Source: a virus
Lineage: Duplodnaviria > Caudoviricetes
Strand: one strand, 5' to 3'
Length of the DNA stretch: 64,000 nucleotides
IMG/VR virus record: IMGVR_UViG_3300042922_001473
The notes below the pieces were generated by a model, which was given only the letters and a program-made list of their open reading frames with translations, searched no databases and was not told where the DNA came from. Below are positions 1-8,909 of this stretch, in pieces. Position numbers and translations under genes: made by a program. Each line of letters opens with the position of its first letter. The stretch's first letter is position 1.

Positions 1-78
1 GTACTGCCATAATTGAAACATTATCGCTATTGCAATCGCATATTATTTTCATATTTTCAACACCTTATTTTTCGTATT

Positions 79-576
79 TTATTTTTTCAATGGATAAACT
101 TTTTCCATTACTTCTTCATACCAATTAAGAACAGATTGTACTTCGTCTTTAGTTATATCATTGGTAAGTAATGACACTGCAGTTAACCCGTAAGAATAAC
201 TATCGTCGCCAAATCTTGAAGTTTCGTCTATGCCCTCTATTATTAAGGCAAGTTTTTCATTAAAAATCAAAATATCTAACGTATCACAGTCTTGTGGATG
301 AACAAACTCATTAAAGGGTTGTAGCGTGTAAAATATTTCTTCACATTCAATTATTGCTTCATTTAATTCATCAGCAAGCTTTGAAGCTTTCCCTGGACTT
401 TCTACTTTTAATTTATATTTTGTATTTTGAAAAACTTCTAACACCATTTTTGTTATATTGTCATTTATCCCACTAATTGGACTAAATGGTGCATTTTTTT
501 CTACATTTATTAATCTATTATATCTCTTGACATCTACCCAAAAGCTATGTCTGTTTTGCAAGTATTTTATTTTCAT
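79..576 (-). CDS. hypothetical protein
   Basis: 165-aa ORF with GGAG RBS, co-directional with neighbours. Confidence 0.7.
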   Translation of the reverse strand: MKIKYLQNRHSFWVDVKRYNRLINVEKNAPFSPISGINDNITKMVLEVFQNTKYKLKVESPGKASKLADELNEAIIECEEIFYTLQPFNEFVHPQDCDTLDILIFNEKLALIIEGIDETSRFGDDSYSYGLTAVSLLTNDITKDEVQSVLNWYEEVMEKVYPLKK

Positions 577-603
577 TAATTCTCCTTTATTTTGTTTATT
601 TTA

Positions 604-819
604 CTATTGTAATGTAATTATTGGCATATTATCAATGCTATCTACGAACATGTTAGCTTTTTTAAGAAAACTCTCTTTACACTCAATTCTATAAAGTGAA
701 GTGAGTGGTGCAGGATACCTTTTGTAATTTACATTATTGTTATTACAGAGTTCTTCAAAATACTTTTCTTTACCATCTTTAATCCTAACTTTAAATTTAG
801 AATTTTTCATATACAGCAA
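604..819 (-). CDS. hypothetical protein
   Basis: 71-aa ORF, AAGGAGG RBS upstream. Confidence 0.65.
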   Translation of the reverse strand: MLYMKNSKFKVRIKDGKEKYFEELCNNNNVNYKRYPAPLTSLYRIECKESFLKKANMFVDSIDNMPIITLQ

Positions 820-837
820 AATCCTCCTTAATAAATT

Positions 838-1198
838 AGGTGTTCGACATTAATTGTGGTATAATCATCCAGAAAGGAGTTGCTCTTTAATGCTTCTCCT
901 TTTTAATCAGTTTCATATTCATGTAAATTACAAACATTGTTTTTACTTATTCCACTATTATAAAATTCGCTTAATGGGTTTTGACAATTACAATTTTCTG
1001 TGTCTATAACCATATTATTAACCGATATTAATGTTATATTATTACCATTAACTATTCCAGTACCATTCCATACTTTTATATCAATTTTTGATTTGCAACT
1101 ATTACACTTTCTCATTTTCTATCTCCAATAACCACATTTAAATTAAAATCTTATTCTTTATCAAAATCATTCAATACCACAACTAATATCGCTAACTC
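838..1198. mobile_element. ISL3-derived non-autonomous mini-cassette 1 with passenger gene
   Basis: Imperfect terminal IRs (GGTGTTCGACATTAATTGTGGTAT / revcomp GAGTTAGCGATATTAGTTGTGGTAT); flanking direct repeat AATAAATT(A) at 830-838 and 1199-1207; ends homologous to element 3183-3801. Confidence 0.75.
903..1115 (-). CDS. small Cys-rich passenger protein of cassette 1
   Basis: 70 aa with CxxC and CxC; RBS and ATG lie in the conserved cassette end. Confidence 0.6.
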   Translation of the reverse strand: MRKCNSCKSKIDIKVWNGTGIVNGNNITLISVNNMVIDTENCNCQNPLSEFYNSGISKNNVCNLHEYETD

Positions 1199-1261
1199 AA
1201 TAAATTAAAAGCAATCCATACGGTTTATTTCTTAACTATATAGCTTTTAAACAATTAACCA

Positions 1262-1564
1262 TTATTGCTCTTTATTACATTTCTCACAACAAATAGAATT
1301 GTCTTTGATAATGTACTTATCATCTTCTGAAATATAATTACTACATTTACTACACTCAAATATCCAACCATTATCAAGCTGTGCCTGAATTAACTTAGAA
1401 GGTTCATTTTCTAAGTTATCAGCATACTTTGCTCTTTTAATACGAATATCAATATATTTAGTACATTCCATAGCTTCACTTTTATATATAGCATCAATTC
1501 TTCTATCTGCGAATACAATCTCTTGCATATCGCCTTCATTATCTTGAACATGCCATGCTTTCAT
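1262..1564 (-). CDS. phage-type hypothetical protein with C-terminal Zn-ribbon
   Basis: GWIFECSKC...CCEKC; AGGAGG RBS. Confidence 0.7.
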   Translation of the reverse strand: MKAWHVQDNEGDMQEIVFADRRIDAIYKSEAMECTKYIDIRIKRAKYADNLENEPSKLIQAQLDNGWIFECSKCSNYISEDDKYIIKDNSICCEKCNKEQ

Positions 1565-1580
1565 TTAACACCCCTCCTAT

Positions 1581-2348
1581 TTACAGACTTAAAGCTTTAA
1601 GAATTACATTATTCATGTAATCTAATGATATTAATTTATCATCGTCTAACCACTTAACATAACTGTATTCAATATTTTTATGTTCTGACATAAAATCTAA
1701 TAATGCCTTTTTACAAGCCATATGGTCTTCTTTAGAGTAATGTTTATCACTATCTTCTGAAGCAACTTCAAATTTTATATAACATAAAAGTAATTCACCA
1801 AAATCTTTTTCATTCATATACTTATCATCAGCAACCCATTTTTTATTAAATACACCAAAAGTCTTTTCTGTAAGTTCATTTAGTTCAGATTCTTTAGATT
1901 TAAATTCTTCTCTATAATTTTTAAGTGTTTCATTAAATCCTTTAGGTAATAATTCTTTTTTCCCATTTTCATACTTTTTAAATGTATTATTAAAATCGTT
2001 CGAAATGCGTTTAAAATCTCCTAAATTATTAATGCTTATTTCAGTACCATAATAATTTACTACTGAATCGCCAATGTCAGCTTTTTTTAATTTATAATAC
2101 TTTTTAATTTCTTTAAACTTTCCGTCTTTTATTATAAATACATCTTTATTTCCTCTATAATCAAACACACAAAAATTCTCTGGATATTTGTAGTAAAGAG
2201 TTTTTAAAGGAAGTCTATCATTTGTTCCAAAACTAAGAAGACTACCTCCACTATGCACTGTTACAATTTCACCAAAGAAATCTTTATCAAAAATAGGACT
2301 ATAGAATATTTTCACTTGTTCTCCACCAAGATAATCATACATTCCCAT
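1581..2348 (-). CDS. hypothetical protein
   Basis: 255 aa, MGMYD start typical of phage proteins, RBS present. Confidence 0.75.
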   Translation of the reverse strand: MGMYDYLGGEQVKIFYSPIFDKDFFGEIVTVHSGGSLLSFGTNDRLPLKTLYYKYPENFCVFDYRGNKDVFIIKDGKFKEIKKYYKLKKADIGDSVVNYYGTEISINNLGDFKRISNDFNNTFKKYENGKKELLPKGFNETLKNYREEFKSKESELNELTEKTFGVFNKKWVADDKYMNEKDFGELLLCYIKFEVASEDSDKHYSKEDHMACKKALLDFMSEHKNIEYSYVKWLDDDKLISLDYMNNVILKALSL

Positions 2349-2386
2349 TAAACATCACTCCTTTTTGCTTTTTTATACCTTAAGTT

Positions 2387-2635
2387 TCATTTAGTAAAAT
2401 CATATCCAAACGAAATATTGAAAATTTCATTGTTATATAAAATATCTTTTATTAATAATCCTACATTTTTTAAAAAATTTAGATTTTCGAATTGAAGTGT
2501 ATAATTATCATGCCATATATCATATATGTTAGATTCTTCGTTATACACATAACCAAAATTCACTTCTTGATATTTATTTTTTAGCTTAGATATAAATATT
2601 TCTATATATTCTTGTTGCTTTAATTTATCTGGCAT
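2387..2635 (-). CDS. hypothetical protein
   Basis: 82-aa ORF downstream of promoter 2683-2711. Confidence 0.6.
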   Translation of the reverse strand: MPDKLKQQEYIEIFISKLKNKYQEVNFGYVYNEESNIYDIWHDNYTLQFENLNFLKNVGLLIKDILYNNEIFNISFGYDFTK

Positions 2636-2682
2636 TTAATTATCCTTTTAATTATATTTATAATTGTTTATTTCCTTTAATC

Positions 2683-2711
2683 ATTATATCACAATAATAT
2701 AATTTTGTAAA
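2683..2711 (-). promoter_or_regulatory. sigmaA-type promoter TTTACA-N17-TATAAT (extended -10)
   Basis: Minus strand TTTACA aaattatattattgtga TATAAT; same design at 20388, 24600, 52185, 59619, 63218. Confidence 0.75.
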
Positions 2712-2796
2712 TTATTTTTTCTTTTATAGCACAAAAATAACCCCTTATATATAAATAAGAGGCTATTTTGTAAATATGCAAACTAATAAGAAATCA

Positions 2797-3024
2797 TTAA
2801 TTTTCCAATTTATCTTTTTCATTATTTTCAAATTTTATTAATTCATTATGAGTGCAATACCCTGCACAAGCAGGACACATTTGTTTTCTATACATAGCTT
2901 TTTCATATTCATTACATGATTCTAAACCCCACAAATCTATTTTCACTAATACTTTATCAGCAAAAGTGTTAATGGATAACCAACTAAATTCATTATTACA
3001 TTTTTGACATTTCTCTTTAATCAT
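2797..3024 (-). CDS. Cys-rich hypothetical protein
   Basis: CQKC and CPAC motifs; GGGAG RBS. Confidence 0.6.
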   Translation of the reverse strand: MIKEKCQKCNNEFSWLSINTFADKVLVKIDLWGLESCNEYEKAMYRKQMCPACAGYCTHNELIKFENNEKDKLEN

Positions 3025-3272
3025 ACTACTTTGCTCCCTTCAATAAAAATTCTACAATTTATTATACATAAAACATTTTCATATATAACTTTTATTGTAT
3101 TAGAAGCATTATTACTAAGCTAATGTCTCAATTATATTCCCATCTTTATCTTTTACAACTATTGTTGGCAATTATAAGTTTCGGATATTCGACATTACCT
3201 GTGGTTTTCTTCATACCACTTCACCTTTTTTTCATTAATTTGCATTCGACTTTAATTGTGGTATAACCATCC

Positions 3273-3437
3273 TTGAATAATAAAACTACAACTGTTAAAT
3301 CATATTTGCGAACTTTGGCTTTGGACAAGGATGTCTGTACATGCGTTGCAATGGATATTGCAAGTGCTTACGCAAGTGCTGTTAAAGCTATCTTACCTAA
3401 TGCAACAATTGTTATTGATAAGTTTCATGTTATTTAA
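3273..3437 (+). pseudogene. ISL3-family transposase internal fragment
   Basis: Translates to ...VAMDIASAYASAVKAILPNATIVIDKFHVI*, the ISL3 DDE-region signature. Confidence 0.85.
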
Positions 3438-3718
3438 TTAATAGGACTGTTGACAGTGTTCATATTTAAATACGGTTCAGGTAATGTTTGCCATGCTGTT
3501 ACATACCTGTTATAATCTTCTGCTCCATATTTCCAGCCAAATATTTCTGAAAAGAATATTGTTCTTGTCTGAGGTTCATAATCTGCAATTTTAATTGTAC
3601 ATATAAAGCTTCTGTAATTTGGATGTTCTACATCAAACTTTTTACACTCTTCTTCACTTGGCAATCTTTCTTCAACAGGAATCCAACTACCATTTAATTT
3701 TTTTTTAATATCACTCAT
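3434..3718 (-). CDS. DUF551-like phage protein (passenger of cassette 2)
   Basis: WIPVEERLP...VTAWQTLPEPY motifs. Confidence 0.8.
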   Translation of the reverse strand: MSDIKKKLNGSWIPVEERLPSEEECKKFDVEHPNYRSFICTIKIADYEPQTRTIFFSEIFGWKYGAEDYNRYVTAWQTLPEPYLNMNTVNSPIN

Positions 3719-4009
3719 TTTCTACCTCCAATACCACAATTTTAATTTAAATTTTATTATTTATAAAAACCATTCGATACCAAACATAATGTCGCTAACC
3801 CTAAGTTTCCTGCTCAACTATATATTCTCCACTCATAATCTTTTCATAAATATTTTCTAATATTTAAAAATTTACAACCCCAATTCCATCGTAATCATTC
3901 AATTCGCCCAGTGTAACATAATATACCTTTTCACCAGTAAATTTAAGTATTTCTTCTTTAGCTATTTTCTATTAAAATTATAATATATATTTCCCATATC
4001 AATATCCAC

Positions 4010-4771
4010 TTAACTTATTAGCTTTTGATTATAACAATTTTCTAAATCAGTATATGGGATATTGAATTCTATTCTTAAGGAAAACCCATTATAGTCATTC
4101 TTTCTTCCTGAAAATTTATAAATTACTGCATTAGGAAAATCGGACAACAAAAGTTCTTGAAATCTTTTTTTATTATTATCAGTATCTAATAGTTCAGATT
4201 TAAATTGAGCATTATGAATATCCCAACCATCATCTGTCTTTTGTTTTGTTCCATTATTATTTTTAAATACTTTAAAAATTTCTTTATCAGCTAAATGTGC
4301 TTCCTTTTCCATGCTCATATCAGAAGATAAATCTGCAATTATTCCATATGCTGAATAAGATACGGAAGCATAATGCCATCCTTCACTTTCATACCACGCT
4401 CTTAAAATATTTTCATATCTATTTATTGCCCCAGTAACTGCTTCTGGAGAGACTCCTTTTCCAAGCAAATCAATTAATCTTCGTATTTCTATGTTCTTTT
4501 CACGTATTTCAACATGTCTTTTTTCCTTTTCATTTAAAAGAATAGAATCATATCCTACCATTTTTGACAAATCTGAATGAAAGCCCTCATTTAATCCAAG
4601 ATTTGTCCATACATTAGTTTTATTTACAATGTCCCCTTCAACTAAATCTCTAAAAAAGAACATATTTGACAACATTTCATTTATTTTCTTTATAACCTTT
4701 TTCTTATCTTCAAAAGATAATGAAAGAAGCGTATCATCTCTAAATATTTCTAATTTACTCATACTATTCAC
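4010..4771 (-). CDS. hypothetical protein
   Basis: 253-aa ORF; AGGAG RBS; last gene of the hen1 operon. Confidence 0.75.
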   Translation of the reverse strand: MNSMSKLEIFRDDTLLSLSFEDKKKVIKKINEMLSNMFFFRDLVEGDIVNKTNVWTNLGLNEGFHSDLSKMVGYDSILLNEKEKRHVEIREKNIEIRRLIDLLGKGVSPEAVTGAINRYENILRAWYESEGWHYASVSYSAYGIIADLSSDMSMEKEAHLADKEIFKVFKNNNGTKQKTDDGWDIHNAQFKSELLDTDNNKKRFQELLLSDFPNAVIYKFSGRKNDYNGFSLRIEFNIPYTDLENCYNQKLIS

Positions 4772-4920
4772 TCCTAATTCTATAATCTATGGTCAACAAC
4801 TTCATTTGTCATACATAAAATAGCAAGTCATGCCACGTTTAAAACCTTTCGCCATTTGTTAAAGCGTTTTAAAGCCTCTAAGCAATGAAGTAATTCGCTA
4901 TAATGTAATGACTTTTTTGT
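4760..4920. repeat. degenerate direct repeat of pnkp 3' end + RBS + next start (other copy 5614-5780)
   Basis: ctataatctatggtcaacaacttcatttgtcatacataaaatag is identical in both copies; the rest diverges by indels and substitutions. Confidence 0.9.
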
Positions 4921-4929
4921 TTAAAATCA

Positions 4930-5625
4930 TTAATTTGTTCCTTCATTTTCAACACTTGTTTGACAACTAATTAATGTTGCCTGAATAGAGTCTATAACAC
5001 TACAAATCGAATATTTAAGAAGAAAGTATAAATTACTATATTCAGGATATTTGTCTTTTGCTTTTCTGATAAGTGGTAAAATATATTCGTAAGTTTCATC
5101 AATATATGATTGTAATTTCTCATTACTAAATACACCTGCCATTGAAGATACGTTATGACATCTATCAATACATTTTACTATAATTACTCTCTTATCATCT
5201 AACATTGAATTATAGTATCGTTTTTTTGCTTCTTCTTTTGTTTCTCCATCTAAAACTTCAAATGTAAGTTTTTTAACCCCAAGTTTAATATCATCATTAA
5301 CAGGAAAGTCACTTATAGGCGTATTGCAATCCTCTGCCACATCATGAAGCATAATCATTGCAATTATTGAGTCATCTTTTATGCCCATTGATACAGCATA
5401 AGATGCCATAGTTAATGGATGTATAAAATATGGTGTTCCATCTTTTCTTTTTTGGTCTTTATGCTTATCTCTTGCATATGAAAGAGCTTTTAAAGTTTCT
5501 GTCATACCTGCACCCATTGCAAAACCTTTATTATAAGTATAAAGTTTATAAACATCAAATAATTTATTTCCCATATGTTCCAATTCTACTCTTTTTTTAA
5601 TTGCATTTGTTGTCATATTATTCAC
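4930..5625 (-). CDS. SpoT/Mesh1-like HD-domain hydrolase (small alarmone hydrolase-like)
   Basis: RKDGTPYFIHP, LHDVAED and KCIDRCHN motifs. Confidence 0.85.
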   Translation of the reverse strand: MNNMTTNAIKKRVELEHMGNKLFDVYKLYTYNKGFAMGAGMTETLKALSYARDKHKDQKRKDGTPYFIHPLTMASYAVSMGIKDDSIIAMIMLHDVAEDCNTPISDFPVNDDIKLGVKKLTFEVLDGETKEEAKKRYYNSMLDDKRVIIVKCIDRCHNVSSMAGVFSNEKLQSYIDETYEYILPLIRKAKDKYPEYSNLYFLLKYSICSVIDSIQATLISCQTSVENEGTN

Positions 5626-5633
5626 TCCTCACT

Positions 5634-6872
5634 CTATAATCTATGGTCAACAACTTCATTTGTCATACATAAAATAGTAAGTATATACTCATGCCACGTT
5701 TGAAAATCTTCACCATTTGAAAATCGTTTTAAAGCCTCTACGCCAAGAAGCAATTCCCTATAATGTAATGACCTTTTTCTGCTTAAGCTTCTATTTTTTA
5801 ATTTTGCTATTACTGTAGGGTTGTCATAGTTAATTCCATATATAATCCTTAAATAATCCTTACCCCTTACTTTCATCATAGGAAGGATTAATTCACCCTG
5901 GTCATTATGTTCGAGAAAATATTCTGTCTTTAATATAAATCCCTCATACCCTTTAGAAGTTAATTCATCCCAAAATTTTATTGAATTACTTATGCTTTCT
6001 TCTTTGGTAAGGTCTATAAGCACATATGGTGTTTTAATAAATAAGTTATCTTCATTTTCAGCAAACATATTAAAGTGATTTAAGTGCCATTCATGCTCTT
6101 TGTCAAAAAATGTTTTTCCTTCATGTGCTAATAAATGAAAAGGTGCAATTTTTATATTTTCAATATTTGTATCCCAGCAATAGTTCTCTAATTGTTGTTT
6201 ATATTTATTTATGTTTGTAAGATTATTTTCTACTTCTTTAAGCATTTCTTCTTTAATTATAGGAGTATCTTTTAAGTTTTCATATAATTTAGTGTTTAAA
6301 GCTAATGCACTATCAAGTACAGGTAGATATTGATTAAAAAGTAATCCTTCACCTTTAGCATTCCATGGAAGAATTTCAGCGTCTATTATTACAAACCCAG
6401 TATCAAACCTATTAAAATAATCAATACTATTTAAAATAGCTTTAATCCTTAATGATATAGTTTCATTTTCTTTTTCATTGAAGAATTTCTTGCCTGTTCT
6501 TGAATAGATAATTACTTCTTCTTGTTGGTTAGTAAACTCTATTGCTTTTTCTTTATCTTTAAAAACAATAATAGTGCTTCTGCTTCCCATATGTTTTAAT
6601 TCAGCAATTAATCTTTTAGCTCCAAGAGATTTATATTCTTCAATTGCCTCTATAGGATGTTCAAGAAAATCTATATTTTTAGAAGTTCTGCATGGGCTAA
6701 TTGTTGGTGGAATATATGGTAATACATTCGTAGGCATTAACCTAAAACTTATTTCATCAAGTGCTGATTGCACATTTTTAGGGTGTATATTTATTTCTCT
6801 ATTATCAACTGCTATGTTAAACCCATTTATATATTTAGCTATATCAACAGCTTTAAATCTATTATTTAACAT
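5634..6872 (-). CDS. Pnkp-type RNA ligase (adenylyltransferase) domain only
   Basis: PPTISP, motif I ELKHMGSR, DAEILPW, APFHLLA, EGFILK, KVRGKDYLRIIYG and C-terminal VDHRL; no kinase or phosphatase domains. Confidence 0.9.
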   Translation of the reverse strand: MLNNRFKAVDIAKYINGFNIAVDNREINIHPKNVQSALDEISFRLMPTNVLPYIPPTISPCRTSKNIDFLEHPIEAIEEYKSLGAKRLIAELKHMGSRSTIIVFKDKEKAIEFTNQQEEVIIYSRTGKKFFNEKENETISLRIKAILNSIDYFNRFDTGFVIIDAEILPWNAKGEGLLFNQYLPVLDSALALNTKLYENLKDTPIIKEEMLKEVENNLTNINKYKQQLENYCWDTNIENIKIAPFHLLAHEGKTFFDKEHEWHLNHFNMFAENEDNLFIKTPYVLIDLTKEESISNSIKFWDELTSKGYEGFILKTEYFLEHNDQGELILPMMKVRGKDYLRIIYGINYDNPTVIAKLKNRSLSRKRSLHYRELLLGVEALKRFSNGEDFQTWHEYILTILCMTNEVVDHRL

Positions 6873-6898
6873 TATTTATCCTCCAAATACCTGATATT

Positions 6899-8443
6899 TT
6901 ATATATTTAACTTTGTAAATACTGCCATCATAGTCGGTTGTATATCATCAATAACCTTTCCGAAAGAAGAAACCTTATAGTCATATCCATAAGTTTTACT
7001 AATATTTTCACAGAAACTCATGAATTCATTTTTAGTAAATTCAAATCTATGGTCATAATGTCTTAACCTATTAGAACTATTAAAGAATTTGTTAAATTCT
7101 ATATTTGGTGTTGAAATTATTAAGTTCTTTGGTTCAAGATACATTACATTGTCAATAATTCCTGGTATTCTTTCAAGTTCATTATGCTCAATTACTTCAC
7201 AAAGAACTATTGTATCAAATCCCTTTAATCTTGAATCTCTATAATACAGAGAGCTTTGCAATAGTGTTATGTTGTTAAATTTATTACCCCTAAATCTATT
7301 CTTAGCTTTATAGATTATATCAGCATTAGAATCAACACCTGTAATTTCTAAATTTTCATATACTAATTTATCAATCAAATTTCCTTCGCCACAACCAAAA
7401 TCCAGAACTTTTTTGCATTTTGTTTCTAAAATTGCTTCTTTTACCTTAATTAATCTTAAAGTATTTAACTTTAATCCATTTTCTCCATATCCTTTATCTA
7501 CAACTTCTTCTATTTCTATCTCGTTATTAATTTGATTTATTTGTTTATTTTTCTCCTCTATTTCATTTAATAGCTCTGTTGCATAAGTAGAATATGACAA
7601 ATATCTTTGAGTAATTACTTTTCTCATTGAATGAGTATCAAGCCAGCCTTCAGTATATCTTTTAAATTTTTCTAAATCCTGTTTTTCTGGTTTAAAATGC
7701 CTGAAATTATCTATTGCGGTAATAGTTACAATGAGTTCTCTTAATATATCTCTCACCTTTCCTGTTTTCTCTAATTTGATAAAACAAATTTCTTTTCTTC
7801 TTGAAGTAAAAGAAACAGGTTCATTAAATTCTTCTATCGCAACTTTATACCCAAGTTCTTCATACATCTTTATTATATTTTCATTAGTTAGTTTTGGTTT
7901 AAATGGTCCTACTTCTAATTGAATATCATACTCATTTTCATAGATGTCGCCTTCTTTATTCAATGAAGTGTTTAATACATTCATTATTTCTTTTTGAAAT
8001 ACCGAAGTAGCAAGATACTCTTTTTCGTTTACATATCCATTGAAATCTTTAGCAAATGCTAATGTATCTGGTAATGAGTACAAAACTGCCTCAACCTCAG
8101 TTTCAGTATATTTTTTATAAAAGAAAAATGTATCAATTATCTCTCCTACTTTTTTTCTTATTAATTCACCATTTGACGTGATATATTTTACCTGCGTGTT
8201 CTCATTTATTACTTCAAGTTTTTCATTAATAACTCTATCTTTTTTTAATAATTTAATTAAATCCTTTGATAATGTCTTTATATTTAATGAGACCTCTCCA
8301 TTTTTTAATAAGTCTTTTATTTTATAATCTACATCTACAGCTACAGCTCTTTCACTATTCACAAATACTTTGTTAGGATTTTTACCATATACGTAACTTA
8401 ATAAATTCGCATTATTACCCTTTGCGTTTATCTTTAAAAACAT
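6899..8443 (-). CDS. hen1: Hen1 RNA 3'-terminal 2'-O-methyltransferase
   Basis: N-terminal GKNP ligase-activating region; VLDFGCGEG, EVIEH, STPNIEFN, RHYDHRFEFT; adjacent to Pnkp ligase. Confidence 0.9.
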   Translation of the reverse strand: MFLKINAKGNNANLLSYVYGKNPNKVFVNSERAVAVDVDYKIKDLLKNGEVSLNIKTLSKDLIKLLKKDRVINEKLEVINENTQVKYITSNGELIRKKVGEIIDTFFFYKKYTETEVEAVLYSLPDTLAFAKDFNGYVNEKEYLATSVFQKEIMNVLNTSLNKEGDIYENEYDIQLEVGPFKPKLTNENIIKMYEELGYKVAIEEFNEPVSFTSRRKEICFIKLEKTGKVRDILRELIVTITAIDNFRHFKPEKQDLEKFKRYTEGWLDTHSMRKVITQRYLSYSTYATELLNEIEEKNKQINQINNEIEIEEVVDKGYGENGLKLNTLRLIKVKEAILETKCKKVLDFGCGEGNLIDKLVYENLEITGVDSNADIIYKAKNRFRGNKFNNITLLQSSLYYRDSRLKGFDTIVLCEVIEHNELERIPGIIDNVMYLEPKNLIISTPNIEFNKFFNSSNRLRHYDHRFEFTKNEFMSFCENISKTYGYDYKVSSFGKVIDDIQPTMMAVFTKLNI

Positions 8444-8480
8444 AATTTCCTCCTGTTTATTGTCATTATAATAATCTTTG

Positions 8481-8494
8481 TTGACTTTAGTCTG
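8481..8494. promoter_or_regulatory. palindromic operator variant TTGACTTTAGTCTG upstream of hen1
   Basis: Matches TTGAC-N4-GTCAA copies at 13402, 14609, 34071, 34610. Confidence 0.55.
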
Positions 8495-8552
8495 TTTCGA
8501 TATTATAATAATTTTATAGACTATTAAAATTTATGTAACTTCTATTAATTCC

Positions 8553-8581
8553 ATTATATCATAATTATTTCTTTTTGTCAA
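8553..8581 (-). promoter_or_regulatory. consensus sigmaA promoter for hen1 operon
   Basis: Minus strand TTGACA-N17-TATAAT with TG extension. Confidence 0.8.
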
Positions 8582-8682
8582 TTTTACTTTACATTAGAGT
8601 AATATAAATATCTGATAATTACATATAATATATAAATTTATATATTAGGTTCATAACAAATGACAATTAGAAGGAGTATTTT

Positions 8683-8880
8683 ATGAAATCAATAGTGGAA
8701 AAATTTAAAAAGAAATCAACTCAAAGCAAAACTAATAATGAAGAATCAGTTAGACATTTCTCAATGAAGGAATTAGAAGAACTTGAATACATTATGGAAT
8801 GTAAAGAAGATGGATTCATTGTACCAGAAAAGCCTGAGAAAAAGAGTTTGTTTTCAAAAATAAGGACATTGTTTAATTAA
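8683..8880 (+). CDS. small protein with amphipathic C-terminal helix
   Basis: Ends KKSLFSKIRTLFN; AAGGAG RBS. Confidence 0.65.
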   Translation: MKSIVEKFKKKSTQSKTNNEESVRHFSMKELEELEYIMECKEDGFIVPEKPEKKSLFSKIRTLFN

Positions 8881-8909
8881 AAAATTTACGAATACAAAAG
8901 GAGATAATC

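Larger units (their letters stand above)
3183..3801. mobile_element. ISL3-derived non-autonomous mini-cassette 2 with transposase remnant and passenger gene
   Basis: GG-starting IRs GGATATTCGACATTA / GGGTTAGCGACATTA (revcomp); perfect 8-bp TSD TAAGTTTC at 3175-3182 and 3802-3809. Confidence 0.85.

Noticed and set aside
838-3801. Integron attC sites (GTTAGC/GCTAAC) or dif sites
   Set aside because: Terminal IRs, 8-bp TSDs and an ISL3 transposase remnant explain the repeats better; no integrase is present.
4760-5780. DGR template/variable repeat pair
   Set aside because: Differences include indels and are not adenine-specific; no reverse transcriptase is present.
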